Positions 48,613-57,143 of a DNA stretch of 64,000 nt are shown piece by piece. Numbering within the stretch: position 1 is the stretch's first letter; every line of letters begins with the position of its first letter. Under the pieces are notes generated by a model, which did no database searches, was not told where the DNA came from, and saw only the letters and a program-made list of their open reading frames with translations. The stretch spans positions 677,669 through 741,668 of the forward strand of contig CAXXVZ010000002.1 of NCBI GenBank assembly GCA_963678065.2. The letters run 5' to 3'. The stretch is from Treponemataceae bacterium. Lineage in GTDB: Bacteria > Spirochaetota > Spirochaetia > Treponematales > Rectinemataceae. Made by a program: the position numbers and the translations under genes.

Positions 48613-49869
48613 ATGGGGTTCAGATTCCTTGACCTTTTCGCTGGTGCCGGCGGATTGTCAGAAGGGTTCATCAGGGCCGGGTTTCAACCTGTCGCCCACG
48701 TTGAGATGGACCTTGCAGCGTGTTTTACGTTGAAGACGCGGGCTGTTTTCCATTATTTATCATCTCAGGGGTATTTGACCCCATATATTAACTATCTCCA
48801 AGAAAAAATCAGTCGTAATGACTTTTACAGCCATGTACCGGAACGGATTCTTGATACGGTGATCAATTCGGAAATAGGTCAAGATTCTCTGGATGATATT
48901 TTCAGCCGTATCGACGTATTGGCCGGCGGGAAAAATATTAATCTTATCATCGGGGGCCCGCCATGTCAGGCATATTCCCTGATAGGTAGGGCCCGCGACT
49001 TTAGCGGCATGAAGGACGATAAACGGAATTATTTATATATTTACTATGCCCGTTTCCTTGAGCGGTACAAACCGCAGTTCTTCATTTTTGAGAATGTAAC
49101 GGGCCTTCTTTCCGCCAAAGACCGCGAAGGAAGGGCGTTCTTCGCCGACATGGAGAAAGCATTCAAAGATGCCGGGTATTCATTGGAGAGGGAAGTCCTC
49201 AATGCCGGTGATTACGGTGTTCCGCAAAACCGTAAAAGAGTGATACTTGTGGGAAGAAAAGGCAAGGGAAAAGGGTTTTATCCTCTGCCGGACCAGTGGT
49301 CCCCGGAAGTCCTGGTCGCAGATCTGTTCACAGACCTCCCTAGACTTCATGCCGGAGAAGGCGGCTTTAAACCATGTAAACTGAAAAAAAGATGTCATCC
49401 TTATCTGTATGAATCAGGAATCAGAAACGACGACATCCCGGTCACCGGACATATTGCACGACCGCATCGTTCCCAGGATCTGGAAATCTACCGGATCGCC
49501 GTTGAGTCCTGGAACCATAATCATTCCCGGTTGAATTACAATCAGTTGCCTGATCGTCTGAAGACCCACAATAACAGGCACTCTTTCACCGACCGTTTCA
49601 AAGTAGTCGCGGGGGATTTACCCCGATGTCACACCGTTGTTGCGCACGCATCCCGTGATGGGCATTTCTATATCCATCCGGATATAGAGCAGAACCGTTC
49701 ACTTACCCCTAGGGAGTTGGCAAGGCTGCAAACCTTTCCTGATGATTACTATTTCGAGAGCGCTTCCGGAGCTCCTGCCCGTACCCCAGTGTTCAAGCAG
49801 ATAGGCAATGCGGTACCTGTTCTCCTGGCCCAAAAAATAGCTGAAAAACTGAAGGAGGTTTGGCTGTGA
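48613..49869 (+). CDS. dcm: DNA (cytosine-5)-methyltransferase
   Basis: DLFAGAGG, GGPPCQ, FENV, Q.RKR, RELARLQTFPD, QIGNAV. Target specificity unknown. Confidence 0.96.
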   Translation: MGFRFLDLFAGAGGLSEGFIRAGFQPVAHVEMDLAACFTLKTRAVFHYLSSQGYLTPYINYLQEKISRNDFYSHVPERILDTVINSEIGQDSLDDIFSRIDVLAGGKNINLIIGGPPCQAYSLIGRARDFSGMKDDKRNYLYIYYARFLERYKPQFFIFENVTGLLSAKDREGRAFFADMEKAFKDAGYSLEREVLNAGDYGVPQNRKRVILVGRKGKGKGFYPLPDQWSPEVLVADLFTDLPRLHAGEGGFKPCKLKKRCHPYLYESGIRNDDIPVTGHIARPHRSQDLEIYRIAVESWNHNHSRLNYNQLPDRLKTHNNRHSFTDRFKVVAGDLPRCHTVVAHASRDGHFYIHPDIEQNRSLTPRELARLQTFPDDYYFESASGAPARTPVFKQIGNAVPVLLAQKIAEKLKEVWL

Positions 49870-52031
49870 GTGATAGCGGAACTTACAAGATAAAACCAGC
49901 CGGCCGGCATATCCTGACCATCGGCCGCGATTTGATTCAGGACTGCTATGCGGCTGTTGTAGAGCTGGTGAAAAACGCCTACGATGCTGATTCTTCCGAT
50001 GTTAATATCGAATTCAAGGCAGATCCAGACGACCTCGGCTATTCCATTATCATTTCCGATCATGGTCACGGTATGTCCAGAGATACCGTCATCAACAAGT
50101 GGATGGTGCCCTCCACCAGAGACAAACTTGACAGACATATAAGCCCTTCCGGCAGGATCATGCAGGGCCGAAAGGGAGTAGGGCGGTATGCCGCGTCCAT
50201 TCTGGGCAAGGACCTTTTGCTGGAAACAGTCACCTCTGAAGGCGAGAAAACCACAGTTTTTATCGAGTGGAGCAATTTCGAAGATGCTCAGTATTTGGAT
50301 GACGTGGAAATCCTCATTGACACTAAGCGTGTCGCTGAATCATCAGGGACACGACTGACGATCAGCGGGGACAGAAACCTTCTGCTTGAATGGGATCAGA
50401 GACAATTCGACAAGCTCAGGTTTGAGCTCAAAAAACTGATCTCACCTGTGAGCGCCGCCCTTATCGATGAGCGCGGCGCAGAAGAATTCCGGATCAGCCT
50501 GATGGTGGACGGTTTCCCCGGCGTACAGTATGTCTCGGAAACCGTCGAGCCTTATCCGATTTTTGACCTGTTTGATTACAAGATCACCGGCAGAATCAGT
50601 TCAGCTGGTAACGGTATTTTGACTTATTCATTACAAAAAGCTCGCAATACTACTGATGAAGAAATCCAATTCGATGCTGGTGGACCTACGGGTTGTGGCG
50701 AACTGGTTTTTGACATCCGTGTGTATGACCGCGAGAAAGAAGCTATCGAATCTCTTATCGCACGCGGCCTCAAAGATGAATCAGGCACTTACGTCGGAAA
50801 GCTCGAAGCCAGACAACTACTAAACGAATATAACGGCATTGGTGTTTACCGGAACGGATTCCGTATACGGCCACTGGGTGATGCAGCATTCGATTGGGTT
50901 GAACTTAATAAGCGGCGCGTACAAAACCCTTCAAAGTTTATAGGTAGCGATCAGGCGATTGGGTATGTCCTTATTCAGTCAGAAGAAAAATCAGGGTTGG
51001 TGGAAAAAAGTGCCAGAGACGGCTTAAAATCGAACAATGCCTACAACTCGCTTAAAAGAGTTACAACGGAATTAATCAGCAAGCTTGAAGAAAAGAGACT
51101 TGCTTACAGAATACAAGCCGGGCTAAGCAGATCCGGAAGAAACGTTGATAAAAAGCTTGAAAAACTTTTTTCCGTTGATGAACTGAAGCGGAATGTTAAG
51201 ACCCTACTCACAAAAAACGGGATTGACAAAACAACGATCGAAGGTACTTTGAAAATCATAAGTCAGGATACGGAAAACAGAAACAATATCGCAGATGAGA
51301 TCCGCCAGACCGTAGCTATTTACCAAGGTCAGGCAACTCTTGGTAAAATAATTAATGTGATCCTTCATGAAGGCAGACGCCCGTTAAATTATTTCAGAAA
51401 CCAGATCCCGAACCTCAGGTACTGGTACGAATCATTTCAAAAAACCGGTGACCTGGGAAAGCTGGAAAACCTGGTGCCTATTGTTGATGGTATAGGTCAA
51501 AACGCAGAGTTTTTTGTAAAACTTTTCGGAAGACTTGATCCACTCGCAGCAGCCAGGCGTTCTCCCAAGAGGCCGGTGGCGCTTAAAAAGACAATAAAAG
51601 ACGCTCTGGACGTTTTCGAAGGGGAAATAAAAGCACAGCATGTAATTGCAAAGGTCATTGGCCCCGATGATTTCAAATTCTTATCCTGGCCACAGGATAT
51701 CTATGCAATTATCACAAATCTTGTCGATAACAGCCTCTACTGGATAAATGAAAAAAAGGTTCCCATACGGGAAATCAGAATTGATCTGGTTACAAATAGG
51801 AATTCTCTTCTCTATATCGACTATCACGACACAGGACCTGGAATAGAGCCAAGTCTTATTGCAAGCGAAGTTATATTTGAACCTCAATTCTCTACCAAAC
51901 CATCCGGAACTGGCCTTGGGTTGGCTATAGCAGGAGAAGCTGCCATACGAAACGGCCTTGAGCTTAAGGCATTCGAATCTGAACAAGGAGCTTATTTCAG
52001 ACTACAGCCAAAATCGGAGGAAGAAAAATGA
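49866..52031 (+). CDS. MORC-type GHKL ATPase fused to a C-terminal histidine kinase
   Basis: N-terminal ELVKNAYDAD, D.GHGM, GRKGVGR; central YRNGFRIRP.G..DW; C-terminal H-box ILHEGRRPL, TNLVDNS, DTGPGI, FSTK..GTGLGL. Confidence 0.88.
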   Translation: MSDSGTYKIKPAGRHILTIGRDLIQDCYAAVVELVKNAYDADSSDVNIEFKADPDDLGYSIIISDHGHGMSRDTVINKWMVPSTRDKLDRHISPSGRIMQGRKGVGRYAASILGKDLLLETVTSEGEKTTVFIEWSNFEDAQYLDDVEILIDTKRVAESSGTRLTISGDRNLLLEWDQRQFDKLRFELKKLISPVSAALIDERGAEEFRISLMVDGFPGVQYVSETVEPYPIFDLFDYKITGRISSAGNGILTYSLQKARNTTDEEIQFDAGGPTGCGELVFDIRVYDREKEAIESLIARGLKDESGTYVGKLEARQLLNEYNGIGVYRNGFRIRPLGDAAFDWVELNKRRVQNPSKFIGSDQAIGYVLIQSEEKSGLVEKSARDGLKSNNAYNSLKRVTTELISKLEEKRLAYRIQAGLSRSGRNVDKKLEKLFSVDELKRNVKTLLTKNGIDKTTIEGTLKIISQDTENRNNIADEIRQTVAIYQGQATLGKIINVILHEGRRPLNYFRNQIPNLRYWYESFQKTGDLGKLENLVPIVDGIGQNAEFFVKLFGRLDPLAAARRSPKRPVALKKTIKDALDVFEGEIKAQHVIAKVIGPDDFKFLSWPQDIYAIITNLVDNSLYWINEKKVPIREIRIDLVTNRNSLLYIDYHDTGPGIEPSLIASEVIFEPQFSTKPSGTGLGLAIAGEAAIRNGLELKAFESEQGAYFRLQPKSEEEK

Positions 52032-53122
52032 GCACGTTCCGATTGCTTGTTGTGGAAGATGCTGAAGAAGATCTGCGTGCCTGCAGAGCCACTCTTGTCA
52101 GATATAAAGATGAAAGACAACGGGATATCGAGCTTATCGAATGCACGAATGTCAACGATGCCCTCTTAATCCTGGATAATTCCTTTGATGGTGCAATCAT
52201 TGATATGAATCTATCTGTTGATGGCAATGAAGGAAATCAGGTGATCGATAGAATTATCAATTCAAACCTAAGGATTCCGGTCGCTATCCTCACCGGCACG
52301 CCCGATGCCACTGATACGACCTTTTCCTATATCGGAGTATTTATTAAAGGAGCCCCCGGCGCAGGTTATGCTGACCTCCTGGACATCTTCTGGGGCATTC
52401 ACAATACCGGACTGACCCGCATCATGGGCGGCAGGGGAATCATTGAAGAAAATCTGAACAAGGTATTCAGCCAGAATCTTCTCCCGCAGAAAGGTATATG
52501 GGTAAGTTATGGTGAATCTGATTCCGCGAGAACAGAAAAAGCGCTGCTTCGACATACCCTGAGTCATCTTCTTCAGCTTCTTGATGGTGACGGGGATCGC
52601 TGCTTTCCTGAAGAGGTTTACCTGTCTCCACCTCTTACCGGTAAAATCAGGACAGGGAGTATTGTGAAGAAAAAAGCCGAGCCCCGGGAATTTATTATCA
52701 TGAACCCAGCCTGTGACTTGGCCATCCGGGACGACGGAGGATTTAAAACAGATCGAATCCTTCTTGCTGAGATTGAAGACGGGTCCGATGTAGTAAATCA
52801 TGCATTGAATGGAATCCAGAAAGCCGACAAGCAAAAAACCAAACTTAAAGCGGTTTATGGTAATAATCACACCGGTTATTACCACTGGTTACCTGCAACA
52901 ACTTTTTTCAATGGCGGGTTTGTCAATTTCAGAAAGCTATCTTCTTTGACTCATGAAGAATTTGGTGAGAGTTTCGAGGTACCTTCGATTCAGATTTCTC
53001 CGTTTTTCGTGAAGGATATTGTATCCCGTTTTTCCTCGTTTTACGCCCGCCAAGGGCAACCCGACATTGAATTTAATGATTTAATTACTAATCACACTAC
53101 AAAACCGGAGAATTCTCAGTAA
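52028..53122 (+). CDS. Response-regulator receiver domain fused to an uncharacterised C-terminal domain
   Basis: LLVVED, AIIDMNL (phosphoacceptor Asp), ILTG, K; C-terminal NPACDL...YARQGQPD; no HTH seen. Confidence 0.8.
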   Translation: MSTFRLLVVEDAEEDLRACRATLVRYKDERQRDIELIECTNVNDALLILDNSFDGAIIDMNLSVDGNEGNQVIDRIINSNLRIPVAILTGTPDATDTTFSYIGVFIKGAPGAGYADLLDIFWGIHNTGLTRIMGGRGIIEENLNKVFSQNLLPQKGIWVSYGESDSARTEKALLRHTLSHLLQLLDGDGDRCFPEEVYLSPPLTGKIRTGSIVKKKAEPREFIIMNPACDLAIRDDGGFKTDRILLAEIEDGSDVVNHALNGIQKADKQKTKLKAVYGNNHTGYYHWLPATTFFNGGFVNFRKLSSLTHEEFGESFEVPSIQISPFFVKDIVSRFSSFYARQGQPDIEFNDLITNHTTKPENSQ

Positions 53123-53532
53123 TGGATGTCCACTCGCCGGAACAACGCAGTTTTAATATGTCCCGAATCAGGGGAAAAGATACCCGACCCGAAAAAACAG
53201 TTCGCTGGTGGTTATGGTCTCATGGATATCGTTACCGCTTGTTTCGTAAAGATCTTCCGGGGACCCCGGATATTGTCTTTCCCGGCAAACGGAAAGCCGT
53301 TTTTGTGAACGGGTGTTTCTGGCACATGCATGATTGTACGGACTTCAGGATGCCGATGACCAATACTGCTTTCTGGAAGGAAAAACTGGAAAAAAACAAG
53401 GTGCGGGACAAAAATAATTATCGTGCTCTTCACCATTTAGGTTGGAAGTACAGGATTGTATGGGAATGTGCCCTCAGGAAAGATGAGAAGAGGACCATGT
53501 GTTTCATCAAAAGGTTTTTGGATACACCTTGA
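53122..53532 (+). CDS. vsr: Very-short-patch repair endonuclease
   Basis: MSRIRGKDTRPE, PDIV, FVNGCFWH.H, N..RD, VWEC. Confidence 0.95.
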   Translation: MDVHSPEQRSFNMSRIRGKDTRPEKTVRWWLWSHGYRYRLFRKDLPGTPDIVFPGKRKAVFVNGCFWHMHDCTDFRMPMTNTAFWKEKLEKNKVRDKNNYRALHHLGWKYRIVWECALRKDEKRTMCFIKRFLDTP

Positions 53533-53549
53533 AATAATGGAAAGCAGGA

Positions 53550-54029
53550 ATGATAACTTTTATTGGATCCACGCCTGCAGCTCTCAGAGGAATTATCACT
53601 CATGCCCGGGGCAAGCAATTGAGCAGCGAACATCGCGGGGATATCACCGCCAAGCTATCCTGCCTCGTGCAGAATGGGTTCTTCCTGAAAATCGGTGACG
53701 CCTGCGAGCGGGTATATTACTTTGCGAATTTCACAGATATCAGAACTGTACCGGCTCAGGCCAGGCGCGCTATGATTATCTTTTCACGCGGTTGGCCTAG
53801 ACTTCCTCGAAGGCTCGCATCATCGGTGCTGCGTGAAATTATCTTCGGTCTCTGTGCCGATAAGCTTTTCGAGCTGAAGGTATTGGCCAAGGATCTGCAA
53901 GGCCTGCATGGGGCTTATCTCAATCCCATGGTCTCCGAAGGCCTTCTCGGACTCAGATATCCTGCGATGTACAATCGTCTCAGTCAAGCATACCCTTCAA
54001 CATGGCGAAAAAGAAGGAGCCGGGAATGA
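53550..54029 (+). pseudogene. Probable degraded C-terminal remnant of an AlbA_2/HATPase ('RecG-C') protein
   Basis: H..DIT..L..LV..G and YLNPMV.EGLL.LRYP......QAY resemble that family's C-terminal winged helices; no N-terminal domain. Confidence 0.5.
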
Positions 54030-54059
54030 CTAAGTCCACCTCTCTTCCCGACAACCAGA

Positions 54060-54140
54060 TCACCGGCGGCAAGATCATGACCGGCGATGTGTCAGCAGCG
54101 AAGAATTATCTGAACAAAGATAAAATAGGATATCTCCGGG
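54060..54140 (+). pseudogene. RhuM-family fragment
   Basis: GKIMTGDVSAAKNYLNKD matches the RhuM GKI..SDV..AKNYL motif; very short. Confidence 0.55.
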
Positions 54141-54215
54141 AGAACTTCGGCGGAATCAACCAAGCTGTTCTGAAGGATGCATATTCCACCGACTACTGCG
54201 ATAATCGAGGATATT

Positions 54216-55877
54216 ATGGCCAATAATCCTGATCTGGAGGAAATCCTTTTCTCTCTGCTCGAGCGTCCGGAGTCCGAAACCGTCGAATTCAAGGAAGCGA
54301 AGGAATCCTATTCCTTCGACAAGATCGGGAAGTATTTTTCTGCCCTTGGCAATGAGGCGAATTTAGAAGGCCATCACCGGGCGTGGCTTGTTTTCGGCGT
54401 GAAGGATAAACCTCATGAGATTGTGGGAACGCATTACCGGCCCGGCCGCAAAGACTTGGATAGCCTGAAGGGAGAAATAGCTAACAAGACGACCAACCGG
54501 ATCACTTTCGTCGATATTCATGGGCTGACAGTGGAAGGTAAAAGGGTCCTTCTGTTCGAAATTCCCGCTGCGCCCAAAGGGATCCCGGTCGCCTGGGAAA
54601 ACCACTATTACGGGCGGGACGGCGAAGAATTGTCCGCCCTGAATCTGGAGGAGATCGAACGGATCCGGTCCCAGACTGTTATCGAAGATTGGAGCGCAGG
54701 TATTGTGCCCGGAGCCACTCTGGAGGATCTCGATCCGGAGGCGGTCCTGGTGGCGCGGACGAACTATAAAAGCAAGTTTCCCGAGAAAACCGTCGACATC
54801 GATTTCTGGGACGACAGGACCTTCCTGAACAAGGCAAAACTGACCCTCAAGGGGAAAATGACTCGCACCGCTCTTTTGCTTTTAGGAAAGGATGAATCGG
54901 AGCATTTTCTTCAGCCCGCCGATCCCAAAATTCGCTGGCTGTTGAAGGATAGCCGTAAAAACGACAAGGATTACACGATTTTCGGCCTGCCCCTGTTGTT
55001 GGCGGTTGATAAGGTTTACGCCAAGGTCCGCAACACAAAATATCATTATATCCGCGAAGCCACGCTGTTCCCGGAGGAAACAGACCAGTACGAACCCTTC
55101 ACCATCCGCGAGGCCCTCAACAACTGTATCGCCCATCAGGATTACACCTTGGGCGGACGCATCAATGTAATCGAGATGGAAGACCAGCTTGTGTTCACAA
55201 ACCTGGGGAGCTTCATACCCGGGAGCGTGGAACGGGTTGTGCGCGAAGATGCCCCGGAAGAACATTACCGGAATCAGTTCCTAGCGATTGCCATGTTCAA
55301 CCTCAAGATGGTCGATACGGCCGGCGGCGGTATCCGGCGGATGTTTATGTACCAGAAGGCCCGTTTCTTCCCGATGCCCGATTATGATCTTGAGGAAAAG
55401 CGCGTAAAAGTCACTATTACCGGCAAGGTGCTGGACCTGGATTACGCTCGGTTGCTGTCCCGGATGGCCGACCTATCTCTTGATGAGATCATTGCCCTCG
55501 ATAAGGTCGCGAAGCACCACCCTCTGTCCAATCTGGAGGAGAAGCAAGTGCGTGCGAAAGGGCTTATCGAAGGACGGCGTCCCAATTTCTACATAGCCCA
55601 AAGGGTAGCCCAAGTCACCGGCCAGAAGGCCGAATATTCCCGCAACAAGGCTTTCGATAAAAAATACTATCTGGACCTTATCCTTAAGGCAATCGCCGAG
55701 CACGGCCACCTGAATCGCAGGGATATTGATGACCTCCTGTGGACCAAGCTGCCGGACTGGATGAATGATGACCAACGCAAAAACAAAGTGACCAATCTGA
55801 TTGCCGAATTACGGCGTGGTCATCTTATATATAACAAAGGAACCGATGCAGGACCAAGGTGGGAACGCATCTCATAA
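54216..55877 (+). CDS. Schlafen/AlbA_2 domain + HATPase_c_4 ('RecG C-terminal') + winged-helix protein
   Basis: ESETVEFKEA, SALGNE..L.FGV.D, IREALNNCIAHQDY, YRN..LA, VDTAGGGI. Confidence 0.85.
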   Translation: MANNPDLEEILFSLLERPESETVEFKEAKESYSFDKIGKYFSALGNEANLEGHHRAWLVFGVKDKPHEIVGTHYRPGRKDLDSLKGEIANKTTNRITFVDIHGLTVEGKRVLLFEIPAAPKGIPVAWENHYYGRDGEELSALNLEEIERIRSQTVIEDWSAGIVPGATLEDLDPEAVLVARTNYKSKFPEKTVDIDFWDDRTFLNKAKLTLKGKMTRTALLLLGKDESEHFLQPADPKIRWLLKDSRKNDKDYTIFGLPLLLAVDKVYAKVRNTKYHYIREATLFPEETDQYEPFTIREALNNCIAHQDYTLGGRINVIEMEDQLVFTNLGSFIPGSVERVVREDAPEEHYRNQFLAIAMFNLKMVDTAGGGIRRMFMYQKARFFPMPDYDLEEKRVKVTITGKVLDLDYARLLSRMADLSLDEIIALDKVAKHHPLSNLEEKQVRAKGLIEGRRPNFYIAQRVAQVTGQKAEYSRNKAFDKKYYLDLILKAIAEHGHLNRRDIDDLLWTKLPDWMNDDQRKNKVTNLIAELRRGHLIYNKGTDAGPRWERIS

Positions 55878-55900
55878 GAGATTATAAGAGATTATAAGAG
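55874..55900 (+). repeat. 10-bp tandem repeat ATAAGAGATT x2.7 spanning the stop codon
   Basis: ATAAGAGATTATAAGAGATTATAAGAG read directly. Confidence 0.9.
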
Positions 55901-55977
55901 GCCAAAATCAATATGTGCATGTTATTGAATGAAATAAGTTCTTATAAAAATGGGAAATTCGCGTACCGGACCATTCC

Positions 55978-56150
55978 ATGACACGCCTCACAGTGTCCGC
56001 CATCGACCTCCTGAAACACTAGGGCTACCGTTGTCTCTACGGCCCCGACATCGCTCCCGACAGCAGGAGTCAGACTCGCCATTCCTTCGGGGAAGTGATT
56101 CTCGCCGGTCATCACCGGAATGCCCTCGCCAGGGTCCCTATTCACTTCCA
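55978..56150 (+). pseudogene. hsdR: N-terminal remnant of a type I restriction subunit R
   Basis: MTRLTVSAIDLLKH*GYRCLYGPDIAPDSRSQTRHSFGEVIL...RNALAR has the HsdR N-terminal GY...GPDIAPD...R.SF..V.L pattern, with an in-frame TAG at 56020. Confidence 0.7.
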
Positions 56151-56159
56151 CTGGCATTA

Positions 56160-56994
56160 CACAGTGCATGACCGGCCAGGGCAGGGCCTCCACGCCGGTG
56201 AATGCACAGGTCGAGAAAAAAGACACACCGCCGAAGCGGCGTGTGAGGCGCCGTCCGTAAGGCACGATCGAGCCGTCATCCCGGAACCAGGCGATGAACT
56301 GTGGCGCGAAAAGCCTGGCCCTCTCGATGTACCGCGAAGCCCGCTCCGGATCGCGATCGCCCATGAGGCGCGCGTACACAAGTCCGTAAAAGTGGAACCC
56401 AAAGGGGTTGTGGACCGTCTTGGTACCAGTCATCGCCCCTGTAGAGCGATTCGACGAGGTTGAAAGACTCGCGTTCGGCGGCCTCGTCCACGGGCAGACT
56501 GAGTTTCCTGAAAGCCGGGCACACAAGAATCCGGGAAAAGTACCTGTTGTTGGCGGCATTTTTCGTTTTTCGATCTGCGCGAGCCAGACGCAGAGATTCT
56601 CTCTCTGTGCTGAGCCAAGGGCTTTCCGGAATTGCCCGGGCGCTATCATCAGGGCCAGGGCTATCATGGCCATCTCGACAAGGCGCTGGTCTGAGCCAGT
56701 CGCTCCTCCCGAGAAATCGGGATCGGCCGGATCGGTTTTGCGGCGCAGTCCCTCGACATGGCGTCCCGGTCCCGGTAGGACCCACCTCCTGCGAGGAGGG
56801 GGCTATTCCCCAGAGGATTCGGCTGAAGCCCTCCATGAGGGCGACTCGGGGGGAATAACGGGTCCCAGAGTTCGCGAGGTGAAGGCCCAAACCGTTTCCG
56901 ACATAGTGTCCGGCGAGCGGTTCAAGGAGACTTCGCTCCAGGTCAGAACGGGAGCGAAGGGGGTATGGGCAATCGGAAGACCAAAGGCTTTCAT
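56160..56994 (-). pseudogene. DUF2264-family pseudogene (frameshifted, 3'-truncated)
   Basis: MEGFSRILWGIAP, YRGDDWYQDG, FHFYGLVYA, PYGR.LT.RF lie in different reading frames. Confidence 0.8.
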
Positions 56995-57073
56995 CAGATT
57001 CTTCCTTATCGTGCGTCCAAAGTACATTACTTTGGCGATTGTGTCATTATATGATACAATATAAATAAATATT

Positions 57074-57089
57074 TGACACATCAGTGTCA
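57074..57089. promoter_or_regulatory. Palindromic operator between divergent genes
   Basis: TGACAC-ATCA-GTGTCA in an AT-rich intergenic region. Confidence 0.55.
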
Positions 57090-57143
57090 GATCGCGGCAC
57101 CAGGATTTGCATATCCGAAAACCCGATCGGCAAGGAGCGGCGT

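Noticed and set aside
55874..55900. Short tandem repeats here and at 38794 as CRISPR or iteron arrays
   Set aside because: No spacers, too few and too short units, and no cas or rep gene.
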